From Bacilli bacterium (GTDB lineage Bacteria; Bacillota_I; Bacilli_A; ML615J-28; CAG-313), in contig JAFQFT010000013.1 in the NCBI GenBank assembly GCA_017398545.1, positions 5,572 through 69,571 of the forward strand: 64,000 bases of DNA, in the 5' to 3' direction. Under the pieces are notes generated by a model. That model saw nothing but the letters and a program-made list of their open reading frames with translations. It searched no databases and was not told the origin of the DNA. Made by a program: the position numbers and the translations under genes. Of the stretch, positions 37,291 through 46,477 are shown in pieces; within the stretch, counting starts at the first letter, position 1, and each line of letters starts with the position of its first letter.

Positions 37291-37767
37291 TTATTCTCCA
37301 CAAAAATCGTTATTAGATATCTTTTCAATAATTACACAAACTTCATTAATTTCATCATAACCTACTTTTACAGTTTCTCCGACATATTCATCAATTTGAA
37401 AATATAAAAGAGCATTCCATCCACTTCGATATAGCGCAAGAGTCTCAACATTTTTCATTTCTCCGTTAATATTCATCTTAATTAAAAAGCTACTGCAATG
37501 ATTAAATCCGGGTGTAAGTTTTTCTAATTTAACTTCTTGAATATATTTAAGTTCTACTTTTTTATAGTACCAATATTTATATAAATAATAAATTGTCATG
37601 CATAAAAATGGACAAAGAACTAAAACAATATATAATCCAAGATATTCTTTATCTCCATCTTCAGTAAAAATTAAGACTAATAATGGTGAAAATAATAGTA
37701 ACATAAGTATTGACATAGCAATACTAAATATTAAATTTCTTTTATAATAAATTACATTATGATTCAT
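37291..37767 (-). CDS. Small two-TM membrane protein, paralog A
   Basis: Start moved to the ATG at 37767 (MNHNVIYYK...), with SD AGAGGTG. The ORF-track start is a GTG lying inside that SD. Confidence 0.7.
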   Translation of the reverse strand: MNHNVIYYKRNLIFSIAMSILMLLLFSPLLVLIFTEDGDKEYLGLYIVLVLCPFLCMTIYYLYKYWYYKKVELKYIQEVKLEKLTPGFNHCSSFLIKMNINGEMKNVETLALYRSGWNALLYFQIDEYVGETVKVGYDEINEVCVIIEKISNNDFCGE

Positions 37768-37788
37768 TAAAAACACCTCTTTTGAATT

Positions 37789-37817
37789 ATTATATCAATT
37801 AAATAGGAAAAAGTAAA
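37789..37817 (-). promoter_or_regulatory. Candidate promoter for the paralog pair
   Basis: The minus strand reads TTTACT, 17 nt, then TATAAT preceded by TGa (extended -10). It lies directly after the frr terminator. Confidence 0.4.
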
Positions 37818-37842
37818 TATTCTATTTGAAAAAAAATAAAAA

Positions 37843-37865
37843 CCCTCTACCTTTGTAGTAGAGGG
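37843..37865 (-). terminator. Rho-independent terminator after frr
   Basis: Stem ccctctac / gtagaggg, followed on the minus strand by TTTTTATTTTTTTT. Confidence 0.8.
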
Positions 37866-37880
37866 TATTTAAATTCAATA

Positions 37881-38438
37881 TTAGATAGACATAATGTCGC
37901 TTTCTTTTTCTTTTGTTAAATTATCAATATTTAAGATATATTTATCAGTAAGTTTTTGAACTTGTTCACTATAACGTTTTAATTCATCTTCAGTGATTAA
38001 ACTATCTTTTTCTAATTTCTTTAAAGATTCAATAGCATCACGACGAACATTACGAATTGCAACTTTATTTTCTTCTGCAACTTTCTTAGCTTGTTTTGCA
38101 AGGTCTTTACGAGTTTGTTCATTTAGTGGTGGAATATGAATTCTAACAACTTCACCATCATTTTGAGGATTTAATCCAAGACCTGCAGTAAGAATTGCTT
38201 TTTCAATATCTTTTAAAATAGATTTGTCCCAAGGTTTAACAACAATAGTTTGTGGATCTGAAGCAGACACACTACCTACTTGAGAAACAGGAGTAGGAAC
38301 ACCATAATAAGAAACCATAACATCATTTAAAATAGCAGGATTAGCTTTACCAGTTCTAATTTTAGTAAAATCCTTTTTAAGTGATTCAATAGTTTTTAAC
38401 ATTTTTTCTTCGCAAGATGCGATAATTGTTTTAGGCAT
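37881..38438 (-). CDS. frr: Ribosome recycling factor
   Basis: 185 aa. KIRTGKANPAILNDVMVSYYG and IRNVRRDA are classic Frr motifs, and the pyrH-frr synteny is conserved. Confidence 0.95.
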   Translation of the reverse strand: MPKTIIASCEEKMLKTIESLKKDFTKIRTGKANPAILNDVMVSYYGVPTPVSQVGSVSASDPQTIVVKPWDKSILKDIEKAILTAGLGLNPQNDGEVVRIHIPPLNEQTRKDLAKQAKKVAEENKVAIRNVRRDAIESLKKLEKDSLITEDELKRYSEQVQKLTDKYILNIDNLTKEKESDIMSI

Positions 38439-38452
38439 GTTTAGTTCTCCTT

Positions 38453-39157
38453 TTATTTATTTGATACAATTGTTCCAATAGATGGATCAATCATAATTTG
38501 TTTGATATTTCCACTTTTATTCATATCGAATACTACAGCATCAATATCATTATCACTACAAAGACTAGCAGCTGTTAAATCCATAACTTCTAATTGTTCA
38601 TTTAACACTTGTTGATATGTTATATGAGTATATCTTTTAGCATTTGGATTTTTTCTAGGGTCACTATCATAAACACCATCAGTACCATTTTTAGCCATTA
38701 AAATCTTCTTTGCACCAATCTCAGCAGCACGAAGTGCAGCAGTAGTATCAGTTGAGAAGAATGGACTACCAGTACCACCAGCAAATATTACTATATAACC
38801 TTTTTCTAAAAATTCTACAGCATCACTTCTTGTATATGATTTTACAAGTGAAGGCATAGGAACAGCACTAAGAGTAACAGCTTTTAGTCCTGCATTTCTT
38901 AAACCATTTTCTACAGCTAAACTGTTCATAACAGTTCCAAGCATTCCAATACTATCAGCTAAGCAGCGATCCATATTATTAGTTTTTGCATCTCTACCAC
39001 GCCACATATTTCCAGCACCACAAACAATTCCAATTTGAACATCTGTTGAAGCAAGTTCTTTAATTTCTTTTACAACTGCTTCAATTTTTTTAGCACAAAT
39101 ACCAGTTCCTGATTCTGATAACGCTTGACCACTTAGTTTAAGAATGATACGTTCCAT
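38453..39157 (-). CDS. pyrH: UMP kinase
   Basis: ILKLSGQAL, GGGNMWRG-like (GAGNMWRG) and FAGGTGSPFFSTDT motifs. Confidence 0.95.
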   Translation of the reverse strand: MERIILKLSGQALSESGTGICAKKIEAVVKEIKELASTDVQIGIVCGAGNMWRGRDAKTNNMDRCLADSIGMLGTVMNSLAVENGLRNAGLKAVTLSAVPMPSLVKSYTRSDAVEFLEKGYIVIFAGGTGSPFFSTDTTAALRAAEIGAKKILMAKNGTDGVYDSDPRKNPNAKRYTHITYQQVLNEQLEVMDLTAASLCSDNDIDAVVFDMNKSGNIKQIMIDPSIGTIVSNK

Positions 39158-39184
39158 AGATAAGCCTCCGATTATTTTTAGATA

Positions 39185-40081
39185 TTATTTGTTTTGAGCA
39201 GCAGCTGCTTGTGCAGCAACTTCAGCAGCGAAATCATCATTACGTTTTTCCATACCTTCACCTACTTCATAACGAACGTAAGCTACAGCTGAACTATTGT
39301 GTAATTTTAAGAATTGTTCAACAGTTACACTTGGATCTTTAACGAATGGTTGATCTACTAAACAAATTTCTTTCTTGAATTTAGCTAAACGACCAACAAC
39401 CATTTTTTCAATGATTGCTTCTGGTTTAGAAGCATTTTTAGGATCATTAGCAATTTCAGTTTTGATCATTTCAGCTTCTTTATCTAATACTTCTTGATCA
39501 ATTAATGATGAATCTAAGTAACGAGGGTTGTACATTGCAACATGCATACATACATCTTTAGCAACTAATTCATCACTACCTTTAATTACTGATAATACAA
39601 CGATTTTACCACCATTGTGTTTGTAAATACCAAATACTTCATCATCAGCTTTTTCAACACGTGTAACACGACGTAAGCTTAATTTTTCACCAATTACTGC
39701 AGTAGCAGCAACGATAATTTCTTCACCTGTTTGACCATTGTGAGAAGCTGCTAAAACACATTTTTCACATTTAGCATCTGCTTCAACACAGATTTCACCA
39801 ACTGTTGCAAGTAAATCAATGAACTTTTGGTTTTTAGCAACGAAGTCAGTTTCAGAGTTTAATTCATAAAGGTAAGCAACATTACCATTAACAACTACAT
39901 CTGCTAAACCTTCAGCAGCAATTCTTGATGCTTTCTTTTCAGCTTTTGCAATACCTTTTTCACGTAACCAGTCAACAGCAGCTGTAATATCACCATTACA
40001 TTCAGTAAGAGCTTTTTTACAGTCCATCATACCAGCGCCAGTTTTTTCTCTTAATTCTTTAACTAATGCAGCACTAATCAT
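39185..40081 (-). CDS. tsf: Elongation factor Ts
   Basis: N-terminal UBA-like segment LVKELREKTGAGMMDCKKAL and LREKGIAKAEKKASR. Confidence 0.95.
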   Translation of the reverse strand: MISAALVKELREKTGAGMMDCKKALTECNGDITAAVDWLREKGIAKAEKKASRIAAEGLADVVVNGNVAYLYELNSETDFVAKNQKFIDLLATVGEICVEADAKCEKCVLAASHNGQTGEEIIVAATAVIGEKLSLRRVTRVEKADDEVFGIYKHNGGKIVVLSVIKGSDELVAKDVCMHVAMYNPRYLDSSLIDQEVLDKEAEMIKTEIANDPKNASKPEAIIEKMVVGRLAKFKKEICLVDQPFVKDPSVTVEQFLKLHNSSAVAYVRYEVGEGMEKRNDDFAAEVAAQAAAAQNK

Positions 40082-40110
40082 TTTTATATTCTCCTTAAAT
40101 TAAATTTTTA

Positions 40111-40977
40111 TTATTCAGCTTGTGGAGCTTCTTCTTTAGGTTCTGCTTTTTCTTCAGCTTTAGGAGCTTCTGCTTCAGCTTTACGAGGTTTTGCAGGACG
40201 AGGTTTTCTTTCACCACGAGCAGGTTTTGCAGGACGTTGAACTTGTTCTTCAGGTTGTTTTTCTTCTTCTGGTAAAACATATGGTTCAACAGCTTGACCA
40301 TTTGCTTCTAATACAGCGTTAGCCATAACACCTACGATTAAACGAACAGCTCTAACACCATCATCATTTGCAGGAATGATATAATCAACATCATCTGGAT
40401 CACAGTTAGTATCTACTAAACCGAAAACAGGAATACCAAGTTTACGAGCTTCTAAAACAGCATTGTGTTCAGTTTTAGGGTCAACTACGAAAATGGCACC
40501 AGGAAGTTCAGTCATTTCTTTGATACCACCAAAGAATGCTTCAAGTCTTACCATTTCTTTTTTGATTTCGATTACTTCTTTTTTAGGTAAAAGATCAAAT
40601 GTTCCATCTTTTTCCATTTCTTCATATTTGTATAATTTTGCAATACTCTTACGAATAGTCTTGATGTTAGTCATTGTACCACCAAGCCAACGTTTGTCAA
40701 CATAATATTGACCAGCACGAGTTGCTTCTTCTTTGATAATGTCTTGAATTTGTTTTCTTGTACCAACAAATAATACTTTACAATTGTTGTTACGAACTAC
40801 TTCTACCATCTTAGCATATGCAGCTTCGATTAAATCAGCAGTTTTTTGAAGGTCAATGATGTAAACACCATTTCTTTCTCCATAGATATACTCTTTCATT
40901 TTAGGGTTCCAACGGCGAGTATGATGACCGAAATGAACGCCAGCTTCTAGTAATTGTTTCATTGTAATTACAGCCAT
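40111..40977 (-). CDS. rpsB: 30S ribosomal protein S2 with a Lys/Glu/Pro/Ala-rich C-terminal tail
   Basis: Start moved to the ATG at 40977 ([18 protein letters not shown]...), with SD GGAGGA. The tail begins after ~aa 235 ([52 protein letters not shown]). Confidence 0.93.
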   Translation of the reverse strand: MAVITMKQLLEAGVHFGHHTRRWNPKMKEYIYGERNGVYIIDLQKTADLIEAAYAKMVEVVRNNNCKVLFVGTRKQIQDIIKEEATRAGQYYVDKRWLGGTMTNIKTIRKSIAKLYKYEEMEKDGTFDLLPKKEVIEIKKEMVRLEAFFGGIKEMTELPGAIFVVDPKTEHNAVLEARKLGIPVFGLVDTNCDPDDVDYIIPANDDGVRAVRLIVGVMANAVLEANGQAVEPYVLPEEEKQPEEQVQRPAKPARGERKPRPAKPRKAEAEAPKAEEKAEPKEEAPQAE

Positions 40978-41118
40978 GATTTTTTCCTCCATTTTTCTTT
41001 TGTTTTTGGCCTCTAAGAAAGTCTTCATGGACCGCCCTAGTTTGAATCTTGTCTTATTTCATCAAACATAAACATGACGACGCACTCGTTTCTTATGTGT
41101 ATTTTTTTGCCATTATAT

Positions 41119-41127
41119 ATTATACCA
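41119..41127 (-). promoter_or_regulatory. Extended -10 element (TGGTATAAT) upstream of rpsB
   Basis: The minus strand reads TGGTATAAT. The -35 is weak (TGGCAA-like). This implies a ~135-nt leader before the rpsB ATG. Confidence 0.45.
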
Positions 41128-41156
41128 AAAAATATACTATATTGCCATTATTTAAC

Positions 41157-41630
41157 TTATCTTTTTTTAATTAAAGTAATAAAAGATAATCCCTCATGTT
41201 CAACTTCTCTTTCTATTTCAACAAATCCAGCTTGTTTATAGAAGTTTACATTATGATCTTCTTCTAAAATTGTATCAACATACCAAGTATTTACATCACT
41301 ATGTTTATCCATTACAGCTTCAAATACAAGTCTCCCAATCCCTTGATGTCTAAATTCATCAGATATATAGAATTGTGCTATTTGCATCACATGTGGATCA
41401 TCAAGTTCAAATATAAAAATTCCACCAATAATACTTTCAGTTTTAAAATCGACAACTTTATAATAATGACCAAACTTATATTTTAAATTAAATTCCATTC
41501 TATGCAGAGTCATATGATATGGATTAGAATCAAAATCACCATACTTAACAGAATAATTTTCAAAACACTTCTTTTGAATTTCAAGTAAAACTTTAGCATC
41601 TTTAACTAACGCTTTTTCTAAATTTACCAT
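41157..41630 (-). CDS. GNAT family N-acetyltransferase
   Basis: 157 aa. Motif A-like RHQGIGRLVFEAV and the C-terminal FYKQAGFVEIE. Confidence 0.7.
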   Translation of the reverse strand: MVNLEKALVKDAKVLLEIQKKCFENYSVKYGDFDSNPYHMTLHRMEFNLKYKFGHYYKVVDFKTESIIGGIFIFELDDPHVMQIAQFYISDEFRHQGIGRLVFEAVMDKHSDVNTWYVDTILEEDHNVNFYKQAGFVEIEREVEHEGLSFITLIKKR

Positions 41631-41675
41631 TAATTTCTCCTTTTATATCAAAAATTAAATTATTTTACTATTTAA

Positions 41676-42686
41676 TTATTTCCTATCATTTCTTTGTCTT
41701 GGATGATTCTCCATTGACTTTTTTAATTGTTCAGTAGACACATGAGTATAAATTTGTGTAGTAGATAAATTAGAATGCCCAAGCATTTCTTGAACACTTC
41801 TAAGATCTGCACCACCATCTAAAAGATGCGTCGCAAATGTATGTCTAAGCATATGTGGATACACATGAATTGACTCAGCAGCATCTTCTAATATCTTATT
41901 TATAATCACTCTAACACCTCTTGTTGTAAGAGCACCGCCATTACGATTTACAAATAAAACACTCGGTTGAACAGTCTCAACCTTTAAAACAAGTTCAGGT
42001 CTACCTACGTGAATATAGTTATTTAAAGCCTCAATCGTTCTTAAATTCATCGGAACATAACGTTCTTTACTACCTTTACCAAGCACTTTTATCATTGCAT
42101 TTGAGAAGTCTAAATTCTTTTCTTCAAGTGACACTAGTTCCGAAACACGGAGTCCTGAACCATATAAAATCTCCATTATCGCAAGGTTTCTTTTACCAAT
42201 AGCAGTTGTTTTATCAATAGAGGAAAATATTTTTTCAATTTCTTCTTTGTATAAAAATCTTGGTAAACTCTTCTCAACCTTAGGACTTTCAATAAGTTCA
42301 AAAGGATTTTTAGTGACAATTTTCTCAGTGATTAAGTAGCGATAAAAATTTTTAAGACTTGATAATTTTCTTGCGATAGACTTCTTTTTAAAATCTTTAT
42401 TAAAAAGTCTTGTCATAAAATTTCTCGCATGAATACTTCTTGCAGTAATTAGTGTTCCCATTTCTTCTTCTTTTAAAAAGTCTTTAAATTCACAAATATC
42501 ATCAATATAAGCATTTATCGTATATTCAGAATAATTACGTTCTGCTGTTAAATATTCACGATATTTTTCAATTGCTTCAATTGATTTAGACTCATTATCA
42601 ATTGTAACTGTTTCTTTCTTTTTAACACTTGGAACACTTCTTTTACCGGTTGGTCTAATCGTCTTCTTTACTGCCACTTTCATCAC
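41676..42686 (-). CDS. xerC: Tyrosine recombinase XerC/CodV-type
   Basis: R...HxxR...Y catalytic pattern (GLRVSELVSL, HMLRHTFATHLL, LGHSNLSTTQIYTHV). It lies directly downstream of trmFO, as codV does in Bacillus. The N-terminal basic extension is ~35 aa. Confidence 0.85.
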   Translation of the reverse strand: MMKVAVKKTIRPTGKRSVPSVKKKETVTIDNESKSIEAIEKYREYLTAERNYSEYTINAYIDDICEFKDFLKEEEMGTLITARSIHARNFMTRLFNKDFKKKSIARKLSSLKNFYRYLITEKIVTKNPFELIESPKVEKSLPRFLYKEEIEKIFSSIDKTTAIGKRNLAIMEILYGSGLRVSELVSLEEKNLDFSNAMIKVLGKGSKERYVPMNLRTIEALNNYIHVGRPELVLKVETVQPSVLFVNRNGGALTTRGVRVIINKILEDAAESIHVYPHMLRHTFATHLLDGGADLRSVQEMLGHSNLSTTQIYTHVSTEQLKKSMENHPRQRNDRK

Positions 42687-42710
42687 CTCCTTATTATATA
42701 ATATAATATT

Positions 42711-44021
42711 TTATAAATCTTTCACTAATTCATCAATTATAGAAAGTGCTCTTGCAGCATAAGCACCTTTACGTTCTTTCTTTCCTACTTTTATATTTAA
42801 TGGTTCAAAAATACCAAAATTAACATTCATTGGATCGAATTTTTCAACACCTTCATCACCATTATGATAATAACTAATATAATTAGCAAGTGCTCCTATA
42901 GCAGTCTTAGAATCTAAATTTAAAATATCTAAACCACTTAAATATCTGGCCATATTAATCCCCGCAACAAGTCCACTTGCAGCACTTTCAACATATCCTT
43001 CAACTCCAGTCATTTGACCTGCAAAGAATATTTGTTTATTATCTTTAAACTGAAAACCATTATTTAATACTTTAGTAGAATTAATATAAGTATTACGGTG
43101 CATTACTCCATATCTAACTATTTCTGCATTTTCAAGACCAGGAATAAGACCTAATAATTTCTTTTGTTCACCCCATTTAAGATGAGTTTGAAAACCCACT
43201 AAATTATATAAACTTTTAGCTTTATTATCTTGACGAAGTTGTACTACCGCATAAGGCCATCTACCAGTTCTAGGATCATCAAGTCCTACAGGTTTCATTG
43301 GTCCAAATAATAACGTTTGTGCACCACGCAGTGCCATTTCTTCAATCGGCATACAACCTTCAAACACTTTCATTTCAAATTCATGACTAACAGTCTTTTC
43401 TGCGTGAATTAAAAAATCATAAAATGCTTCAAATTCTTCTTTATTCATTGGACAATTAATATAAGCAGCTTCTCCCTTATTATATCTAGATGCTAAAAAA
43501 CATTTATTCATATCAATTGATTCATATGTTACAATAGGTGCAACAGCATCAAAAAAGTACATATAATCATGTCCAACAAGTTTACCAATCTCAACATGTA
43601 ATTCATCACTTGTAAGAGGACCTGATGCGATAATCACAGGAGCATCAGGAATAGTTTTAACTTCTTCATAGTGTACTTCTACATTCGGATGATTAACAAG
43701 TTCATCAGTAATATATTTAGAAAATAACTCTCTATCAACAGCCAAAGCACCACCAGCTTCAACTCTTGTTGCATCAGCAGCACGAATAATTAACGAATCC
43801 ATTCTTCTCATTTCTTCTTTTAATAAACCTACTGCATTTTCGATCCCTGCAGCGCGAAGAGAATTACTACAGATAAGTTCTGCAAATCCACATGTTTGAT
43901 GAGCAGGAGTCATCTTCTTTGGTCTCATTTCATACAAATGCACTTTTATTCCTCTTTTAGCTAGCTGATATGTTGCTTCACTTCCTGCAAGACCAGCTCC
44001 AATTACAATTACTTCTTTCAT
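42711..44021 (-). CDS. trmFO: Methylenetetrahydrofolate--tRNA-(uracil-5-)-methyltransferase
   Basis: FAD-binding [11 protein letters not shown] and the family-typical [18 protein letters not shown]. Confidence 0.93.
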   Translation of the reverse strand: MKEVIVIGAGLAGSEATYQLAKRGIKVHLYEMRPKKMTPAHQTCGFAELICSNSLRAAGIENAVGLLKEEMRRMDSLIIRAADATRVEAGGALAVDRELFSKYITDELVNHPNVEVHYEEVKTIPDAPVIIASGPLTSDELHVEIGKLVGHDYMYFFDAVAPIVTYESIDMNKCFLASRYNKGEAAYINCPMNKEEFEAFYDFLIHAEKTVSHEFEMKVFEGCMPIEEMALRGAQTLLFGPMKPVGLDDPRTGRWPYAVVQLRQDNKAKSLYNLVGFQTHLKWGEQKKLLGLIPGLENAEIVRYGVMHRNTYINSTKVLNNGFQFKDNKQIFFAGQMTGVEGYVESAASGLVAGINMARYLSGLDILNLDSKTAIGALANYISYYHNGDEGVEKFDPMNVNFGIFEPLNIKVGKKERKGAYAARALSIIDELVKDL

Positions 44022-44052
44022 AAAAACCTCGTTGATAAATTATCTTTATTAC

Positions 44053-44060
44053 ATTATACA
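44053..44060 (-). promoter_or_regulatory. Candidate extended -10 (TGTATAAT) for trmFO
   Basis: The minus strand reads TGTATAAT ~30 nt upstream of the ATG at 44021. No convincing -35 is present. Confidence 0.35.
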
Positions 44061-44166
44061 CTATTTTTTAAAAAAATACCATTATTTCCTCTTATCAAAT
44101 AAAACTTCCATTTGAAATTCATTTAAAATTTTAAAAAATTTATAAGGCATTTTTTTATCTTTTAAA

Positions 44167-44195
44167 TTGACTATTATATTTTTTCATAGTATAAT
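44167..44195 (+). promoter_or_regulatory. Near-consensus sigma-A promoter for the AlbA_2-domain gene
   Basis: TTGACT (44167-44172), a 17-nt spacer, then TATAAT (44190-44195). The ATG at 44366 has SD AAGGAGG. Confidence 0.6.
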
Positions 44196-44365
44196 TTTCT
44201 TAATAGGACGAAATAATATGTATAACTAATTATATTATATAATTACTAATTAATACAATATTTTTTAAAGCTTTTATTTATTAAATTTTATACAAAAATA
44301 CACTTAACACATTTAAAGAAAATCATTTACCACATTCGCCTTATTCAATAATTAAGGAGGAAATT

Positions 44366-45949
44366 ATGATTAATTTAAATGATCTACTAACTAAAAAAGA
44401 AAATAATCAACTTGAAGTAAAAGATGCTAAAGGAGGATTACCGAACAGTATTTGGGAAACTTACTCAGCTTTTGCAAATTCTTACGGAGGAACAATTCTA
44501 CTTGGTGTTATTGAAACAAAAAAGAAAAAACTAATTCCAGTAGGATTAAACGAAACAGAAGTAAATCTTCTATTAAAAAATTTTTGGGATACAATACACT
44601 CTGATAAAGTAAGTATTAATTTATTAACTGACTATCACGTTAGAATAGAAAATATTAATAACAATTATATCCTAATTATTAACGTACCACAAGCTTCAAG
44701 ATATGATAAACCTATTTATTTAAACAATAATTTATATTTATGTTATCGACGAAGCCACGAAGGAGATTATAAATGTACTAAAAACGAAGTTATCAATATG
44801 ATTAGAGATAACGATGTCAACTCACAAGATTCATACATTGTTGAAAAATTAACCATTAATGATTTGTGTAAAGATACAATTGAAAAATATAGAACATATT
44901 TCATAAACCATAAAGGTAAAGAACATCCATTTAGTAATGAACCAATCGAACTATTTTTAAAACATATTAATGCCGCAAAACTAGATAATAATGATATATT
45001 AAGACCTACTAAAGCAGGACTATTAATGTTCGGTTATAACTATGACATAATTAATGTATATCCAAATTACTTTTTAGACTATCAAGATAAAAGAAATGTT
45101 GATGATAATATACATTGGGTAAATAGAGTCTATTCCTCATCAGGAGATTGGAGCGGAAATTTATTTGACTTCTTTTTTAGAATTAACAATTATTTAGTAG
45201 AAAACGTAAAAGTACCCTTCAAAATGGATGGAATTTTTAGAGTAGATATAACTCCAATTCACAAAGCAGTTCGTGAACTTTTATGTAATTGTTTATCAAA
45301 CGCAGATTATAATGGTACGCGAGGACTAGTTATAAAACAATACAATGATAAATTAGAATTCTCAAATCCTGGTTCTTTTTTAATACCAAAAGAAATCGCC
45401 TTTAATGGTGGAAATTCCGATGCGAGAAATAAATTAATTTTAACCATGTTCAATAATATCAATGTTGGAGAAAGAACTGGATCAGGAATCCCACTAATCT
45501 TCAATGCAACTAAAGAACAAGGATATTCTACTCCAACTTTTCAAGATTTCTTTAATCCTGATTATACAATAGTTACAATTTATTTAACCAATGTTTTTAA
45601 ATCTCAAAATAAGTTGGACATTGGTAACGACAAGTTGGACATTGGTAATGATAAGTTGGACATTGGTAACGATAAGTTGGACATTAAAGATGATGGTTTA
45701 ATAATTACCTACGAGAAAATAAAGATTAAACATATAATTGAAAATTTGGATATTCGTAGCGATATAAAAGAAAAACTAGTAATAATTTATGAAAATTTTA
45801 AAAATGATACTTTTAGTTCTTCATCTATAGTAGAATTAATAAATTGTAGTCGCAGTTCTTCAGATAATTACATAAAAGTACTTCGAGCAAATAACCTTAT
45901 CGAACCTATCAAAGGAAAAGGAAAGGGAAAATATAAATTTAAATCTTAA
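44366..45949 (+). CDS. AlbA_2 (Schlafen-like) DNA-binding domain, ATPase-like domain and C-terminal wHTH protein (RecG-like putative regulator family)
   Basis: The N-terminal segment LEVKDAKGGLPNSIWETYSAFANSYGGTILLGV is typical of AlbA_2. The middle segment ELLCNCLSNADY...GERTGSGI is HATPase_c_4-like. The C-terminal wHTH-like segment ends in KGKGKGKYKF. Confidence 0.65.
   Translation: MINLNDLLTKKENNQLEVKDAKGGLPNSIWETYSAFANSYGGTILLGVIETKKKKLIPVGLNETEVNLLLKNFWDTIHSDKVSINLLTDYHVRIENINNNYILIINVPQASRYDKPIYLNNNLYLCYRRSHEGDYKCTKNEVINMIRDNDVNSQDSYIVEKLTINDLCKDTIEKYRTYFINHKGKEHPFSNEPIELFLKHINAAKLDNNDILRPTKAGLLMFGYNYDIINVYPNYFLDYQDKRNVDDNIHWVNRVYSSSGDWSGNLFDFFFRINNYLVENVKVPFKMDGIFRVDITPIHKAVRELLCNCLSNADYNGTRGLVIKQYNDKLEFSNPGSFLIPKEIAFNGGNSDARNKLILTMFNNINVGERTGSGIPLIFNATKEQGYSTPTFQDFFNPDYTIVTIYLTNVFKSQNKLDIGNDKLDIGNDKLDIGNDKLDIKDDGLIITYEKIKIKHIIENLDIRSDIKEKLVIIYENFKNDTFSSSSIVELINCSRSSSDNYIKVLRANNLIEPIKGKGKGKYKFKS
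45611..45694 (+). repeat. Four tandem 21-bp in-frame repeats encoding KLDIGND
   Basis: aagttggacattggtaa(c/t)ga(c/t) occurs three times, plus one degenerate copy (aagttggacattaaagatgat). The protein reads NKLDIGNDKLDIGNDKLDIGNDKLDIKDD. Confidence 0.9.
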
Positions 45950-46004
45950 TAGTTCACAATAAATTAATATTTAAAATAAATTAACTTATATATCTTAAAA
46001 TTTA

Positions 46005-46044
46005 AATAATGGAATAATACCATAAAAGATATCATTCCATTATT
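46005..46044 (+). terminator. Candidate terminator for the AlbA_2-domain gene
   Basis: 11-bp AT-rich stem aataatggaat / attccattatt with an 18-nt loop, followed by TTGTTTTG. Confidence 0.45.
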
Positions 46045-46134
46045 TTGTTTTGCATATTTATCTTGAATTATTAATAATTCTATTATGAAAAAAAGTTTAT
46101 ATTTCTTTCTTTTTTCAAGTACCATCTTAATTTG

Positions 46135-46158
46135 AGCAGTCAAATGACTGCTTTTTTA
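46135..46158 (+). terminator. Orphan rho-independent terminator
   Basis: Stem agcagtc / gactgct with loop aaat, followed by TTTTTTA. It is not adjacent to any tracked ORF. Confidence 0.65.
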
Positions 46159-46444
46159 TTTACACAAAAATCATTAACTATAATCAAACAATATAAAATA
46201 GTTAAATAGATGCTAACTCAATATATAACTAAATTTTCATTACTACTATAAAAATATATAATTAATTAAAAAAATTAAATTACTATTTCACATTTTTGTA
46301 TATATTTTTAGCGGTATTTTTCACATTTTTGTGATTATTAATGCTATAAATCACTAAAATAAAATTATCATTCAATGCTTAAATCAATCGCATATGTATA
46401 TCTTATTGTATAATAATTGTCAATAGATTAAATAAGAAAAGAAA

Positions 46445-46464
46445 AATCACTTTTACAAGTGATT
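46445..46464 (-). terminator. Rho-independent terminator after the LysM gene
   Basis: Stem aatcactt / aagtgatt with loop ttac. The minus strand continues TTTTTCTTTTCTT. Confidence 0.7.
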
Positions 46465-46477
46465 CTCTTATATTTTA

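Noticed and set aside
40978-41118. Structured autoregulatory leader upstream of rpsB.
   Set aside because: The leader is long (~135 nt) and contains a relatively GC-rich patch (GGGCGGTCC). I could not find convincing complementary segments by eye, and I know of no established S2 leader motif for this type of genome.
41676-42686. Tyrosine recombinase as the integrase of a mobile element or prophage boundary.
   Set aside because: It sits in the conserved trmFO-xerC(codV) arrangement with housekeeping neighbours. No att-like repeats or phage genes are present, so it is the chromosomal dimer-resolution recombinase.
46286-46332. Two copies of TTTCACATTTTTGT 33 bp apart, possibly related to the 33-bp operator array at 33.6 kb.
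   Set aside because: There are only two copies and they share just TTTCACA with the operator core. They lie in a convergent, non-promoter region of very AT-rich DNA, so this is probably chance.
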